DNA of 64,000 nt from Candidatus Ozemobacteraceae bacterium. Lineage in GTDB: Bacteria; Muiribacteriota; Ozemobacteria; Ozemobacterales; Ozemobacteraceae. Shown here piece by piece: positions 44,854 to 54,979 of the stretch. The notes under the pieces are model-generated. The model saw only the letters and a program-made list of their open reading frames with translations, was not told where the DNA came from and ran no database searches. The stretch is taken from positions 385-64,384 of the forward strand of contig DATCTT010000187.1 of the NCBI GenBank assembly GCA_036567845.1, read 5' to 3'. The first letter of the stretch is position 1; each line of letters opens with the position of its first letter. The position numbers and the translations under genes were made by a program.

Positions 44854-45735
44854 TTGAAAAGCGTGTTGAATAGGAGCCTGCGAAGCACCATGAACATATC
44901 GACGTTCCTCCCGGAAGCTGCAAGAAAATGGGGGCGGGAACTGCTTTTTCGCTTGTTGACACGTTCCCTTCAGAAAGCGGCACAAGAACAGGGGTTGTGG
45001 AAACTTGCAGAACGGCTTGCGTCGATTGTGCCGGACATCAGTGACCAGTATTCGCAGTTCAGGGTTGATACGGAATACCTCCAGCTTAATGTGCGACTCA
45101 TGCATGCGTTCCAGATCGCCTTGGTCCAGGAGGCTTTTTCCCGCAAAGAGATCCGGACGATCGTCGATATTGGTGATTCTTCTGGGACTCATCTGCGATA
45201 TCTTCAGGACCTCTATGCTGGCACTTCCCTGCGCTGCCTGAGCGTGAACCTCGACCCGAAGGCTGTTGAGAAAATCAAGGGAAAGGGGCTCGAAGCTATT
45301 CTGGCGAGAGCGGAGGATTTGCCGGCTTATGATATTCCGGCAGATATGTTTCTCTGTTTCGAAACCCTGGAGCATCTCTCCGACCCGATTCGCTTTCTCC
45401 ATCAATTGGCCACTCATACAAATCCAGAGTTTCTTGTTGCCACTGTCCCTTATCGATCCGTGAGCAGAATGGGACTCCATCACATCCGGAATAAACAGAA
45501 TGACGCCGTATTTGCCGAAAACACCCATCTCTTCGAACTTTGCCCGGCCGACTGGCGGCTTCTGATGCAGCATGCCGGCTGGCAGATCGCCTATGACCGG
45601 ATTTATTACCAGTATCCTCACAGGCATCCTCTTCGGATGATGCGGAGGATTTGGGAGACCATTGATTTCGAAGGCTTTTATGGGACTGTTCTTGTTCGAA
45701 ATGATCGCTGGTCTTCGCTCTATCGTGATTGGTGA
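44854..45735 (+). CDS. Class I SAM-dependent methyltransferase
   Basis: VDIGDSSGTHL (motif I) and ETLEHLSDP. Confidence 0.65.
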   Translation: MKSVLNRSLRSTMNISTFLPEAARKWGRELLFRLLTRSLQKAAQEQGLWKLAERLASIVPDISDQYSQFRVDTEYLQLNVRLMHAFQIALVQEAFSRKEIRTIVDIGDSSGTHLRYLQDLYAGTSLRCLSVNLDPKAVEKIKGKGLEAILARAEDLPAYDIPADMFLCFETLEHLSDPIRFLHQLATHTNPEFLVATVPYRSVSRMGLHHIRNKQNDAVFAENTHLFELCPADWRLLMQHAGWQIAYDRIYYQYPHRHPLRMMRRIWETIDFEGFYGTVLVRNDRWSSLYRDW

Positions 45736-45794
45736 ACGAGCTTGGTTTCTTGGCGTGCTGATAACGGGGTGTTAGGCGCTGGGGAGGTGCAAAA

Positions 45795-46919
45795 ATGATT
45801 CGTCTCTCGAAATCTGTTGTGGGAAAAAGCGAAGCTGACGAGGTGGTGCGGGTCCTTCTCGAGGATGGATATCTGGGGATGGGACGCGAGGTGATGGCAT
45901 TCGAGGAGGAACTGGCCGGCTTTCTGGGAGTTCCCGCCAAGAACATTGCCGTCGTGAATTCCGGGACAGCCGCCCTTCACCTCGCGGTGGCGGCCGCGAC
46001 GCGACCTGGCGACGAGGTGCTGGTGCAATCGCTGACGTTCGTTTCTGACTTTCAAGCCATTACGGCTGCCGGTGCCACGCCCGTCGCGTGCGAAGTCCGG
46101 GAGAGCGATTTCACGATCGATCTTGACGATGCCGAAAAACGTCTCACCCCCCGAACGAAGGCCATCATGCCCGTTCATTATGCCAGCAATCCGGGCGATC
46201 TCGATGCGATCTATGCCTTTGCGAAGAAGCATGATCTCAGGGTCATCGAGGATGCCGCACACGCGTTCGGCTGCACGTGGAAGGGAAAACTGATCGGTTC
46301 TTTTGGTGATATTGCCTGTTTCAGCTTCGACGGGATCAAGAACATCACCAGCGGAGAAGGCGGAGCTGTCGTCTCCGCTGATCCGGAGGTCCTGTCGCGG
46401 GTCCAGGATGCACGGCTTCTCGGGGTCGAGAAGGATACGGAAAAACGGTATGCGGGGCAGCGGAGCTGGGATTTCGACGTGAAGCACCAGGGATACCGCT
46501 ACCATCTGAGCAATGTTCTGGCTGCCATTGGGCGGGTTCAGCTGCGCCGTTTCCGGGCTGAATTCGCCCCGAAGCGGGTTGCCCTCGCGGCACGCTACAG
46601 GGAGCGCCTTGGGAACCAGGCCGGAATTGCTCTGCTGGATGTGACGCTTGGGCCCGTGGTTCCGCATATTCAGCCGATCCGAGTGCTTGATGGGAAGAGG
46701 GACCAGCTCCGGATGCATCTTGATTCCATAGGCATCCAGACGGGAATCCATTACAAGCCCAACCATCTCCTGACGCGTTTTGCTTCGGCGGGGGTGCGCC
46801 CATTTCCCGTCACAGAGCGTGTTTATGGGGAATTTCTTTCTCTTCCCCTCCATCCCGGGCTTGATGAACGTGATGTTGACACGATCTGCACGGAAATTGC
46901 GGATTTCCTGGGGCGGTGA
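45795..46919 (+). CDS. DegT-family sugar aminotransferase (ArnB/WecE/PseC-like)
   Basis: NSGTAALHLAV...DAAHAFG...SFDGIKNITSGEGGAV. Confidence 0.85.
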   Translation: MIRLSKSVVGKSEADEVVRVLLEDGYLGMGREVMAFEEELAGFLGVPAKNIAVVNSGTAALHLAVAAATRPGDEVLVQSLTFVSDFQAITAAGATPVACEVRESDFTIDLDDAEKRLTPRTKAIMPVHYASNPGDLDAIYAFAKKHDLRVIEDAAHAFGCTWKGKLIGSFGDIACFSFDGIKNITSGEGGAVVSADPEVLSRVQDARLLGVEKDTEKRYAGQRSWDFDVKHQGYRYHLSNVLAAIGRVQLRRFRAEFAPKRVALAARYRERLGNQAGIALLDVTLGPVVPHIQPIRVLDGKRDQLRMHLDSIGIQTGIHYKPNHLLTRFASAGVRPFPVTERVYGEFLSLPLHPGLDERDVDTICTEIADFLGR

Positions 46920-46992
46920 TACAATGCGGCCACACTTTGCAAGGCTCATCAACAGCCAGTTTCAACAGAATTCCCACGTGGAATGAGGCTTC

Positions 46993-47766
46993 ATGAAAAC
47001 AGTCATTCTTTGCGGGGGTCTCGGCACCCGCCTGAGCGAGGAAACCGTCGTCAAGCCGAAGCCGATGGTCGAGATCGGCCACAAGCCGATTCTCTGGCAC
47101 ATCATGAAGATCTACGAGGCTCACGGCTTCCGGGAGTTCGTGCTCGCGCTCGGCTACAAGGGCGAGATCGTCAAAGACTATTTCATTCACTATCATGCCC
47201 AGAGCAGCGATATCACGGCCCACCTGGCCACAGGGAACATCTCGTATCAGAACCCCGCGGCCGAGGACTGGCTGGTGCACATGATCGAGACGGGGCGTGA
47301 CACCCTCACGGGCGGCCGGCTCCACCGGCTCGAGCGCGTTCTGCGCCCCGAGGGCACGTTCATGCTCACCTACGGTGACGGCCTCGCCAACGTCGATGTC
47401 ACGAAACTCGTTGCATTCCACCGCTCTCACGGCAAGCTGGCCACCGTCACGGCCGTGCGGCCCCCCGCCCGGTTCGGGGACATCGTGTTCGACGGGAACC
47501 GCGTCATCGAGTTCAAGGAAAAGCCCCAGACCGGCGGCGGCTGGATCAACGGCGGGTTCTTCGTCTTCGAGCCGGAGGTTTTCGACTTCCTTCATGGCGA
47601 CACGACGGTCCTCGAGAAAGATCCGCTCGAAAAGCTCGCGGCAGCTGGCCAGCTCATGTCCTACAAACATGAGGGCTTTTGGCACTGCATGGACACCGTC
47701 CGCGACCGCAACGCTCTCGAGGAGTTCTGGCAGTCGGCCAGCCCGCCCTGGAAGGTCTGGAAATAA
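46993..47766 (+). CDS. rfbF: Glucose-1-phosphate cytidylyltransferase
   Basis: MKTVILCGGLGTRLSEETVVKPKPMVEIGHKPILWHIMKIY is near-identical in style to RfbF/DdhA. Confidence 0.9.
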   Translation: MKTVILCGGLGTRLSEETVVKPKPMVEIGHKPILWHIMKIYEAHGFREFVLALGYKGEIVKDYFIHYHAQSSDITAHLATGNISYQNPAAEDWLVHMIETGRDTLTGGRLHRLERVLRPEGTFMLTYGDGLANVDVTKLVAFHRSHGKLATVTAVRPPARFGDIVFDGNRVIEFKEKPQTGGGWINGGFFVFEPEVFDFLHGDTTVLEKDPLEKLAAAGQLMSYKHEGFWHCMDTVRDRNALEEFWQSASPPWKVWK

Positions 47767-47767
47767 T

Positions 47768-48862
47768 ATGTTTAATGATATTTATCGTGGCCGGAAGGTT
47801 CTGGTGACCGGGCACACGGGATTCAAAGGATCGTGGCTGACCGCCTGGCTGCTGCATCTCGGCGCCGAGGTTGCGGGGTATGCCATCGATGTTCCGAGCA
47901 CGCCGGCGATGTTCGAAATCCTCGAACTCGGGAAGCGGATCCACCACCACCAGGGGGATGTCCGGGACCGGGCTGCGCTTGCAGCGGTAGTCCGAGAGTT
48001 TCAGCCCGAGATCGTGTTTCACCTTGCGGCCCAGGCCCTGGTCCGGAAATCCTATGCCGATCCGGCCTATACCTTTGAAACGAACGGCCTGGGAACCCTC
48101 AACATGCTGGAGTGCATGCGCCAGACCGGTTCCGTCAAGGCCGCCGTCATGATCACCAGCGACAAGTGCTACCGCAACCAGGAATGGACCTGGGGCTACC
48201 GCGAGACGGACCTGCTCGGTGGCGACGATCCCTACAGCGCTTCCAAGGGATGTGCGGAGATCATCGCGCACAGCTACTTCCACTCGTTCTTCCGGCCGAA
48301 CGGCGGCCCGATGGCGGCAACGACCCGGGCTGGCAATGTGATCGGCGGCGGTGACTGGGCTCTGGACCGCATCGTTCCCGACTGCATCCGGGCCTGGTCT
48401 CAGGGACAGCCGGTCACCGTGCGGCAGCCCGAGGCGACGCGCCCCTGGCAGCACGTGCTCGAGCCCCTCAGCGGCTATCTCTGGACGGGGGCGCTCCTGT
48501 GGGAAAAGCGGCCCAGGGCCTGCTTCGAAGCCTTCAATTTCGGCCCGCCCGCGACGGTGAACCAGTCGGTGGGGGAGCTGATCACGGAAATGGCTCTCCA
48601 CTGGCCCGGCGGCCGCATGTTCGTGGACCGTCCGCCCGGCGCGCCTCCCGAGTGCAACCTTCTGAAACTGTGCTGTGACAAGGCTCTGAGCCACCTCGCG
48701 TGGCAGCCCACCCTCACGTTCTCCGAGACCGTCGGACTGACGGCGGAGTGGTATCGCCGGTTCTACGCCGCCGAGCGGAGCAACATGTTCGAATTCACCA
48801 TGAACCAGATTGAGCAGTATATTTCCATTGCCCGGGAGCGGCGGCAGACATGGCTGGCCTGA
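47768..48862 (+). CDS. rfbG: CDP-glucose 4,6-dehydratase
   Basis: VLVTGHTGFKGSWL...YSASKGCAEII (extended SDR; YxxxK). Confidence 0.9.
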   Translation: MFNDIYRGRKVLVTGHTGFKGSWLTAWLLHLGAEVAGYAIDVPSTPAMFEILELGKRIHHHQGDVRDRAALAAVVREFQPEIVFHLAAQALVRKSYADPAYTFETNGLGTLNMLECMRQTGSVKAAVMITSDKCYRNQEWTWGYRETDLLGGDDPYSASKGCAEIIAHSYFHSFFRPNGGPMAATTRAGNVIGGGDWALDRIVPDCIRAWSQGQPVTVRQPEATRPWQHVLEPLSGYLWTGALLWEKRPRACFEAFNFGPPATVNQSVGELITEMALHWPGGRMFVDRPPGAPPECNLLKLCCDKALSHLAWQPTLTFSETVGLTAEWYRRFYAAERSNMFEFTMNQIEQYISIARERRQTWLA

Positions 48863-49332
48863 CGGCCGTTTCCCGGCCACCCATTCCCGGGATGGAACTC
48901 GTCCCTCTCAGACAATTCGTCGACGAGCGCGGTGCCGTCCTGCACATGCTGCGGGCGGATTCAGCCCTGCTGCCCCGGTTTGGCGAGATCTACTTTTCGC
49001 TCGTCAACCCCGGCGTCGTCAAAGGCTGGAAGCGGCATTTCCGAATGACTCAGCATTTCGCCGTTCCCGTGGGACGGCTTCGAGTCGTTCTCGTCGATGA
49101 CCGGAACCCCGCGACACCACCGCTGGTCGAGGAGGTCATCCTCGGCCGGCCCGACCGATACTGCCTGCTCCAGATCCCTCCGGGAGTGTGGTACGGATTT
49201 CAAAGTGTATCGGCCGAACCCGCGCTGGTGGCCAACTGCACCGACATGGTCCATGATCCCGCCGAGAGCGAGACGCGCGATCTCGACAAGGGGCCGCTCA
49301 GCTTCGACTGGCGGTATGAATGCCCGAAATGA
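48850..49332 (+). CDS. Cupin-fold sugar-nucleotide 3,5-epimerase-like (RfbC family)
   Basis: ~150-aa cupin immediately after rfbG. Start may be at MELVPL (48892). Confidence 0.6.
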   Translation: MAGLTAVSRPPIPGMELVPLRQFVDERGAVLHMLRADSALLPRFGEIYFSLVNPGVVKGWKRHFRMTQHFAVPVGRLRVVLVDDRNPATPPLVEEVILGRPDRYCLLQIPPGVWYGFQSVSAEPALVANCTDMVHDPAESETRDLDKGPLSFDWRYECPK

Positions 49333-50279
49333 CGACGTCCGGACAGCCCCTCGTCAGCGTCATCATGAACTGTTACAACAGTTCCGCCTTCCTCCGCGAG
49401 GCGATCGACAGCGTTCTTGCCCAGACCTACCGAAACTGGGAAATCGTTTTCTGGGACAACCAGTCGACGGATGAGAGTGCCGCGATCGTCCGCTCGGTGC
49501 GTGATCCGCGCGTGCGCTACCTGTATGCCCCTCGGCACACCCGGCTTGGAGAGGCGCGCAACCTTGCTGTGCGCGAGGCCCGGGGGGAGTGGATCGCGTT
49601 TCTCGACTGCGACGATCTTTGGACACCGGACAAGCTCGAACGGCAGATGGCGCTTGTCGACGAGGAGGTGCGCACCCGCGGGGTGCCGCCCGGCTTCGTC
49701 TATGGACGGACGACCAGCTTCGGGCCGGGGATCCCGGAGACGCCGTATCTGGAGTATCCGCTCGACAAGCCCCTTCCGGAAGGCGAGTTGCTCGAGTCCC
49801 TTCTCGAGGAGGGCGACCATATCGCGTTTTCCGCCCTCCTCGTCTGGCGAAGGGCCTACTGGGAAATCGGCGGCATCCATCCGGAACTCTCGTTTTCCGA
49901 GGATTACTTCCTTCTTGCCGGGATTGCCGCTTCTCACCGGGCACGGGCGGTCCAGACGGTCTGCTGCCGTTACCGGGATCATGCCTCGAATCTCACGAAA
50001 TCCCTGGTCCTCGAGAGCTTCACGGAGGCCGCCTTCGTCATCCGCTCCTGGATGGATCGTGTGCCGGAAAAGACGCGGGACCGTCTCATGTCATCGCGGC
50101 TTCCGAAACTCGAAACATATGCAGCGCTATGGTATTTTCGCCGGGGCGCCTGGCGTGACGGCCGCAGACATCTGAAAAGAGCGGGAACGCTCTATTACGC
50201 TCTCCGGTATTTCGCCAAGGAGGCGGCGTTCGGCATGATCCGGCTGATGCGCGCCTGTTTGGGGCGCCCTGCGCATTAG
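49320..50279 (+). CDS. Glycosyltransferase family 2
   Basis: VSVIMNCYNSSAFLREAIDSVLAQTY...FWDNQSTD...FLDCDD (DxD). Confidence 0.8.
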   Translation: MPEMTTSGQPLVSVIMNCYNSSAFLREAIDSVLAQTYRNWEIVFWDNQSTDESAAIVRSVRDPRVRYLYAPRHTRLGEARNLAVREARGEWIAFLDCDDLWTPDKLERQMALVDEEVRTRGVPPGFVYGRTTSFGPGIPETPYLEYPLDKPLPEGELLESLLEEGDHIAFSALLVWRRAYWEIGGIHPELSFSEDYFLLAGIAASHRARAVQTVCCRYRDHASNLTKSLVLESFTEAAFVIRSWMDRVPEKTRDRLMSSRLPKLETYAALWYFRRGAWRDGRRHLKRAGTLYYALRYFAKEAAFGMIRLMRACLGRPAH

Positions 50280-51364
50280 GGAGTGCCGATCGGCTCGTCG
50301 ACCTCGTAATCGTGGTGGGCTTTGTGGCCGAGGCAGGACCAGTAGTCCATCGGGGAGATGCCGGTGCCGGGCCGTTTGGCGGTGAGGTTTTCCGGGGTGA
50401 ACGGTTCGCCGGCCTTGATGGGAATGGCGGCAACGAGGCTCTTGCGGGCGATGCCCAGGTTCTTGCGCTCCGACGGGGCGGGCTGCTTCAGGCCGGTTCC
50501 GAGGGCCCGCTCGATCTGCCGGATCCCCGCAACCATCGCCGTGAGCTCCTGAGGCTCGAGCGAGGCCTTGTGGTCGGGGCCGGGAAGCGTTTTATCGAGG
50601 GTGAAATGTTTCTCGATGACACTCGCCCCGCGCGCGACGGCGGCCAGCGGAACCGCGATTCCCGTCGTGTGGTCCGAGAGCCCGACCGGAAGGCCGAAGG
50701 CGTCGCGCAGCGTGTCCATCGCGCACAGATTCACGTCATCGAACGGGGCCGGATACTCGGTTGTGCAGTGCAGCAGCGTGACCTTGGCCTGAAGGTGCGC
50801 CTGGCCGGCCCCCGTGCCGAATGCATCGCGGAACAGGGCGCGGGAAGGCGTCTCACGCCGGCCCGCGTAGCCGAACGCCAGCACGCCGAGCGCCTCCTCG
50901 ACCTCCTGCATCGTCGACATGCCCGTCGAGAGGATCACCGGCAGCCCGGTGCGCGCGATATGCAGCAGAAGCGGGCCGTTCGTGATCTCCCCGGAGGGCA
51001 CCTTGAGCCGCTTCACGCCGAGCCGGACGAGCAGGTCGACGCTTTCCCTGTCGAACGGGGTCGAGAGAAACTCGATGCCGAGCTCCCGGCACCGGGTGAT
51101 GAGCCGCTGATGCGTCTCCTCATCGATTTCGAGTTTCCGGACCATCTCGAGCTGGGATTCCCGTGCATCCGTCGTCTTCGTCTGATACTCGGCTTTCGGG
51201 GCGAACCGGCTGATCACCCGTTCCGCCCTGAAGGTCTGGAACTTGACGATGTCTGCTCCGGCCCGTGCCGCGATCTCGACCAGCTCCAGCGCCAGGTCGG
51301 GCGAGCCGTTGTGGTTGACGCCTGCTTCGGCGATGATCAGCGTGCTCGGTGTGCGATCCGTCAT
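50276..51364 (-). CDS. N-acetylneuraminate synthase family (NeuB/LegI-like) with SAF domain, copy 2
   Basis: LIIAEAGVNHNGSPDLALELVEIAARAGADIVKFQTF. Start at internal MTDRTPS. Confidence 0.85.
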   Translation of the reverse strand: MTDRTPSTLIIAEAGVNHNGSPDLALELVEIAARAGADIVKFQTFRAERVISRFAPKAEYQTKTTDARESQLEMVRKLEIDEETHQRLITRCRELGIEFLSTPFDRESVDLLVRLGVKRLKVPSGEITNGPLLLHIARTGLPVILSTGMSTMQEVEEALGVLAFGYAGRRETPSRALFRDAFGTGAGQAHLQAKVTLLHCTTEYPAPFDDVNLCAMDTLRDAFGLPVGLSDHTTGIAVPLAAVARGASVIEKHFTLDKTLPGPDHKASLEPQELTAMVAGIRQIERALGTGLKQPAPSERKNLGIARKSLVAAIPIKAGEPFTPENLTAKRPGTGISPMDYWSCLGHKAHHDYEVDEPIGTP

Positions 51365-51398
51365 GGGAACTCTCCTCTCGTCTCTGATATCCAAAGGG

Positions 51399-52580
51399 TC
51401 AGCCGGCGGCACCCGCCTCCGGAAGATCGATGAACCGCTTCCGCAGCAGAGCCGTCCAGTCGGGAAGCGAGACCAGATGCGAAACGATGCGCGAGGCCGC
51501 GTGGCCGTCCCCATAGGGACTTTCAACGGTCGAACAGTCCATCTCGAGCGCTTTGGACAACGCCGCGGCGATGGCGTCGCGGGCCGGCGGGCAGTCGATG
51601 ACCGAGGCGGCACGTTCCCGTCCCTGCTGCCGGTCGCCGACGTTGACCGCCGGCTTCTTCAGGGCCGGAGCTTCGTACAGGCCGCTCGAAGAGTTGCCGA
51701 CGACGGCGTCGCAGTGGTGCATGGCGCTGAGATACAGAAGCTGGCCGAGCGACTCGTGGAGGCATGCCGAAGGGTGGCCGGCGATGAAGGCGTCCAGCCT
51801 GGCGCGCAGCGGGGCGGCCCCCGGGTCGGCATTGGGCGCCGTGAAGATCAGGCCGGTGTCCGGTCCGAGCGCGCCGAGGGCGGCGAGCAGCTCGCCGAGC
51901 TGTTCCTCTCCGGGCACCGCCCCAAGGGTCACGGGGTGAAAGGTGACGAGCAGATTACGCTTCCGAAGCCTGAATCCGAGGCGATGCTCGATCTCTTCCC
52001 GTGAAAGCGGCGGAGTCTCCCGGATCACGTCGATGCCGGTGCTTCCGGATACGATGATGCGATGCTCCTCTTCACCAAGCTGGCGCACGCGACGGGCCGA
52101 GGCGGGCGTCGTCACGAAGTGCAGGTGGGATAGCTTTGTGAGGCTGTGGCGGATCGCGTCGTCGAAGGCTCCCTCCGTCACATCCCCGCCTGCGATGTGG
52201 GCGATGGGAATGCGCATCAGAAGCGCAGCGATGGCGGCAGCCAGAATCTCGTACCGGTCGCCGAGAAGGACGATCAATCCCGGCCCGAGACGGGAAAAGG
52301 CGTCTGCGAAACCGGATACGCCCCGGCCCGCCGCCCGGGCCCGCTCGGCACCCGAGTCACCGTCGAGGCCGAGGTCCACCCGTTCATCGATGGAAAATCC
52401 GTCCCGGGCGATGGCATGCCAGGTTTCACCATGGGCCGGGCTGAGATGGGTGCCCGTGATGGCAAGCTGCAGGCGCAGCGTGGGCTGACGGCGGATCTCC
52501 CGCATGACGGGCGCCAGGAGGCCATACTCGGCCCGGGATCCCGTGACCACACAGACGGCACGCGGCTCGGCGGCAGTCAT
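51399..52580 (-). CDS. neuC: UDP-N-acetylglucosamine 2-epimerase (hydrolysing), NeuC/LegG-like
   Basis: VVTGSRAEYGLL...HIAGGDVTEGAFDD...HFVTTPAS match NeuC-type 2-epimerase motifs. Confidence 0.8.
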   Translation of the reverse strand: MTAAEPRAVCVVTGSRAEYGLLAPVMREIRRQPTLRLQLAITGTHLSPAHGETWHAIARDGFSIDERVDLGLDGDSGAERARAAGRGVSGFADAFSRLGPGLIVLLGDRYEILAAAIAALLMRIPIAHIAGGDVTEGAFDDAIRHSLTKLSHLHFVTTPASARRVRQLGEEEHRIIVSGSTGIDVIRETPPLSREEIEHRLGFRLRKRNLLVTFHPVTLGAVPGEEQLGELLAALGALGPDTGLIFTAPNADPGAAPLRARLDAFIAGHPSACLHESLGQLLYLSAMHHCDAVVGNSSSGLYEAPALKKPAVNVGDRQQGRERAASVIDCPPARDAIAAALSKALEMDCSTVESPYGDGHAASRIVSHLVSLPDWTALLRKRFIDLPEAGAAG

Positions 52581-53590
52581 CAGATATTATACCTATCGGT
52601 TTTATAATTTGAAAGATTTTCTGGCCGTGAGAACCACGCAGCCGTTTCGGTCAGGCCCCGCCGGAGGCCGTCTGGGCCCGCGTATTCCGGAGACCAGCCG
52701 AGAAGCGTGCGGGCTTTCGTGTTGTCGGCCCGGAGACGTTCGACTTCGCTTCCGGAGGGGCGGAGGCGCTGGGCATCCGTTTCGATCTCGATTGTTGTTC
52801 CCATGATTTCGGCGATCAGATGCGCCGTCTCGCCGATCGAGATCTCCTCGTTCCGGCCGAGGTTGATGATCTGGCCGAGAGCACCGGGAGCCTGTGCTGC
52901 GGCAATGAAGCCCCTGACGGTATCCGAGACGTGGTTGAAGTCGCGGGTCGGGGTGATGGCACCGAGCCTGATCCGCCGATTCCCGGCCGCGATCTGGGTG
53001 ATGATGGTCGGGATGACGGCCCTGGCCGACTGGCGGGGACCGTAGGTGTTGAACGGACGGATGATAACCACCGGCGTGCCAAAAGAGTGGAAGAATGAAA
53101 GAGCGATCTGGTCGGCCCCGATTTTCGAGGCGGAGTAAGGCGACTGCGGCTGCAGCGGGTGTTCCTCGGTGATCGGGACGAACCGCGCTGTTCCGTAGAC
53201 TTCGCTGGTGGAAGTGTGGACCACCCGTGCCACGCCCAGCTCACGGGCCGCCTGGACCACGTTCAGCGTGCCTTTCACATTCGTATCGATATAGGTGTCG
53301 GGGGAGTGATACGAGTAGGGAATCGCGATCAGGGCCGCCAGATGGAACACCAGATCGCAGCCGGCCATCGCCCGGCGCACGCCATGGGGGTCGCGGATGT
53401 CGCCGGCGAACACGTCGAGCTCGCGCCGGATCTCGGGCGGGCTTTGGTCCAGCCAGCCCCAGCTGCCGAACGAGTTGTAAAGGACGAAGGCGCGCACGCG
53501 GTGTCCCGCGCGGACGAGGGCTTCGGTCAGATGGGAGCCGATGAAGCCGTCGGCGCCGGTGACGAGAATGTGCTTGCCGGTGTCAGGCAT
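52580..53590 (-). CDS. NAD-dependent sugar-nucleotide 4,6-dehydratase/epimerase (extended SDR; PseB/LegB-like candidate)
   Basis: ILVTGADGFIGSHL...YSASKIGAD. Confidence 0.75.
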   Translation of the reverse strand: MPDTGKHILVTGADGFIGSHLTEALVRAGHRVRAFVLYNSFGSWGWLDQSPPEIRRELDVFAGDIRDPHGVRRAMAGCDLVFHLAALIAIPYSYHSPDTYIDTNVKGTLNVVQAARELGVARVVHTSTSEVYGTARFVPITEEHPLQPQSPYSASKIGADQIALSFFHSFGTPVVIIRPFNTYGPRQSARAVIPTIITQIAAGNRRIRLGAITPTRDFNHVSDTVRGFIAAAQAPGALGQIINLGRNEEISIGETAHLIAEIMGTTIEIETDAQRLRPSGSEVERLRADNTKARTLLGWSPEYAGPDGLRRGLTETAAWFSRPENLSNYKTDRYNI

Positions 53591-53844
53591 GGTGAGTCGC
53601 TCCTTGCGGGATCATCCTAGCCCGTTCCCCGTCAGGCTGCAAGGCCGGATGGAGGATAATCCGCCCTGCTTCCCTGCGAGCGGTCTGGCATACAGGAACT
53701 GCGGACGAATCCCTGCGCTCTCGATACCGGAACCGGGTTTCAATTGTGCGCCTTCTTGTTCGATGGATCCTGCCCCTGTATTTGCGCGGGGGCGGGGGTT
53801 GAAGTATGGTGGGAAAGTATCGTTCGAAGGGGAAGGGAGAGGGC

Positions 53845-54813
53845 ATGAAACGGTTCGCTCTTGCTGCATGGATGAGTCTGTTCCTGGCCGGTGCCGCCTT
53901 GGCAGGGCCGAATGTCGTGTTCACCGGGGAGATTTCCGCAAATCCCGATCTGTACAGCCTCGATCTGGCAACGGACCGGGTCGTCAGGCTGACAACCGCT
54001 TCCACGGCCGAAATGCAACCATCCGTGGCGGCCGACGGCAGGACGGTCGCGTTCATTTCTGACGCCGATGGCGCCCCATCGCTATATCTGATGGATGCTG
54101 CCGCTTCAGAGACGGCCTGGCAGCGGGTGAGCCCCGGAATAGGGGCGTATGCCCACCCGGCATTCTCGCCGAACGGGGCGCAGATCGCCGTCAGCTATGC
54201 GCCGGATCCCGAAGCCCCGTTAACCGACACCTGCATCGTCCTCGTCGATCCAAAGGCGAAAAGCCAGACCCTTCTGGTTCGGGGCTCCGATGTGCATCCC
54301 GGCTATGAGGCTGCCGGTGGCCCGATTCTGGTTCTGGATCGGCCGCACTGGATCGATGCGGGGAACCTCCTGTTCGTTGCCCTTGAATATGCCGATGCCG
54401 AGAGTGGCCGTCTGCTCAGCGCGACAGTGTACCGTTTCGACATTGCCGGCAAAACCGTGACTCGCCTCGCCGGCGGGGAGGCATACTTCGATGAGCAGGG
54501 GGCGCCGCGCGGTTTCAAAGCTTCCATGCCCTGGTGCCGGCCTGACGGGAGTCTCGTGACATTCACGGCGATCCAGGGTCATTTCGATCGGACGGCCATG
54601 GCCATGAAGCCGGACGCAAAGGAAAAGCGGGTGCTCCCCATCCGGGATCCCGAGTTCTGGGGACCGGCGATTTCCGTCGGGGGCGAGTTCCTGTATGGAT
54701 TTCGCGGCGATGACGGCCGCCTGGGACTTGCTCTGACCACCAGGGCTGGGAAAGGGCCGCGGCGTGTGATCGGCTTCGGCGGCGCCGCTCTCGATCCGGT
54801 CGTGATTCCCTGA
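53845..54813 (+). CDS. Periplasmic TolB-like beta-propeller (PD40/WD40-like repeats) protein
   Basis: Signal peptide MKRFALAAWMSLFLAGAALAG. Repeated ...SP(D/N)G..IAF.. blades. Confidence 0.55.
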   Translation: MKRFALAAWMSLFLAGAALAGPNVVFTGEISANPDLYSLDLATDRVVRLTTASTAEMQPSVAADGRTVAFISDADGAPSLYLMDAAASETAWQRVSPGIGAYAHPAFSPNGAQIAVSYAPDPEAPLTDTCIVLVDPKAKSQTLLVRGSDVHPGYEAAGGPILVLDRPHWIDAGNLLFVALEYADAESGRLLSATVYRFDIAGKTVTRLAGGEAYFDEQGAPRGFKASMPWCRPDGSLVTFTAIQGHFDRTAMAMKPDAKEKRVLPIRDPEFWGPAISVGGEFLYGFRGDDGRLGLALTTRAGKGPRRVIGFGGAALDPVVIP

Positions 54814-54979
54814 CGGAAAGCGGGTGTACCTGCGGTTTCGAGAAGACGGTCCGTGGATGGGGCCGCCTGGACTGTGCCCGGATGGCCCGAAGATAAATAT
54901 GTAATGATTTAATTTATACCGGTTTCGATACAACCGCTCATGCCCGTCGGGTATGTATCGTCGGGACAGGGATGAAACC

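Noticed and set aside
44569-45627. 352-aa minus-strand ORF
   Set aside because: Antisense to the class I methyltransferase, which has SAM motif I.
47755-47825. Apparent one-base disagreement between my manual reading of the printed sequence and the ORF-track frames at the rfbF/rfbG junction
   Set aside because: Most likely my own counting error in a G run. I deferred to the ORF-track coordinates (rfbF 46993-47766, rfbG 47768-48862), which are internally consistent downstream.
50312-51433. 373-aa plus-strand ORF, plus other antisense ORFs over neuC, the dehydratase, rqcH and the rfb genes
   Set aside because: High-GC antisense artefacts. The opposite strand carries NeuB, NeuC, SDR and other motifs.
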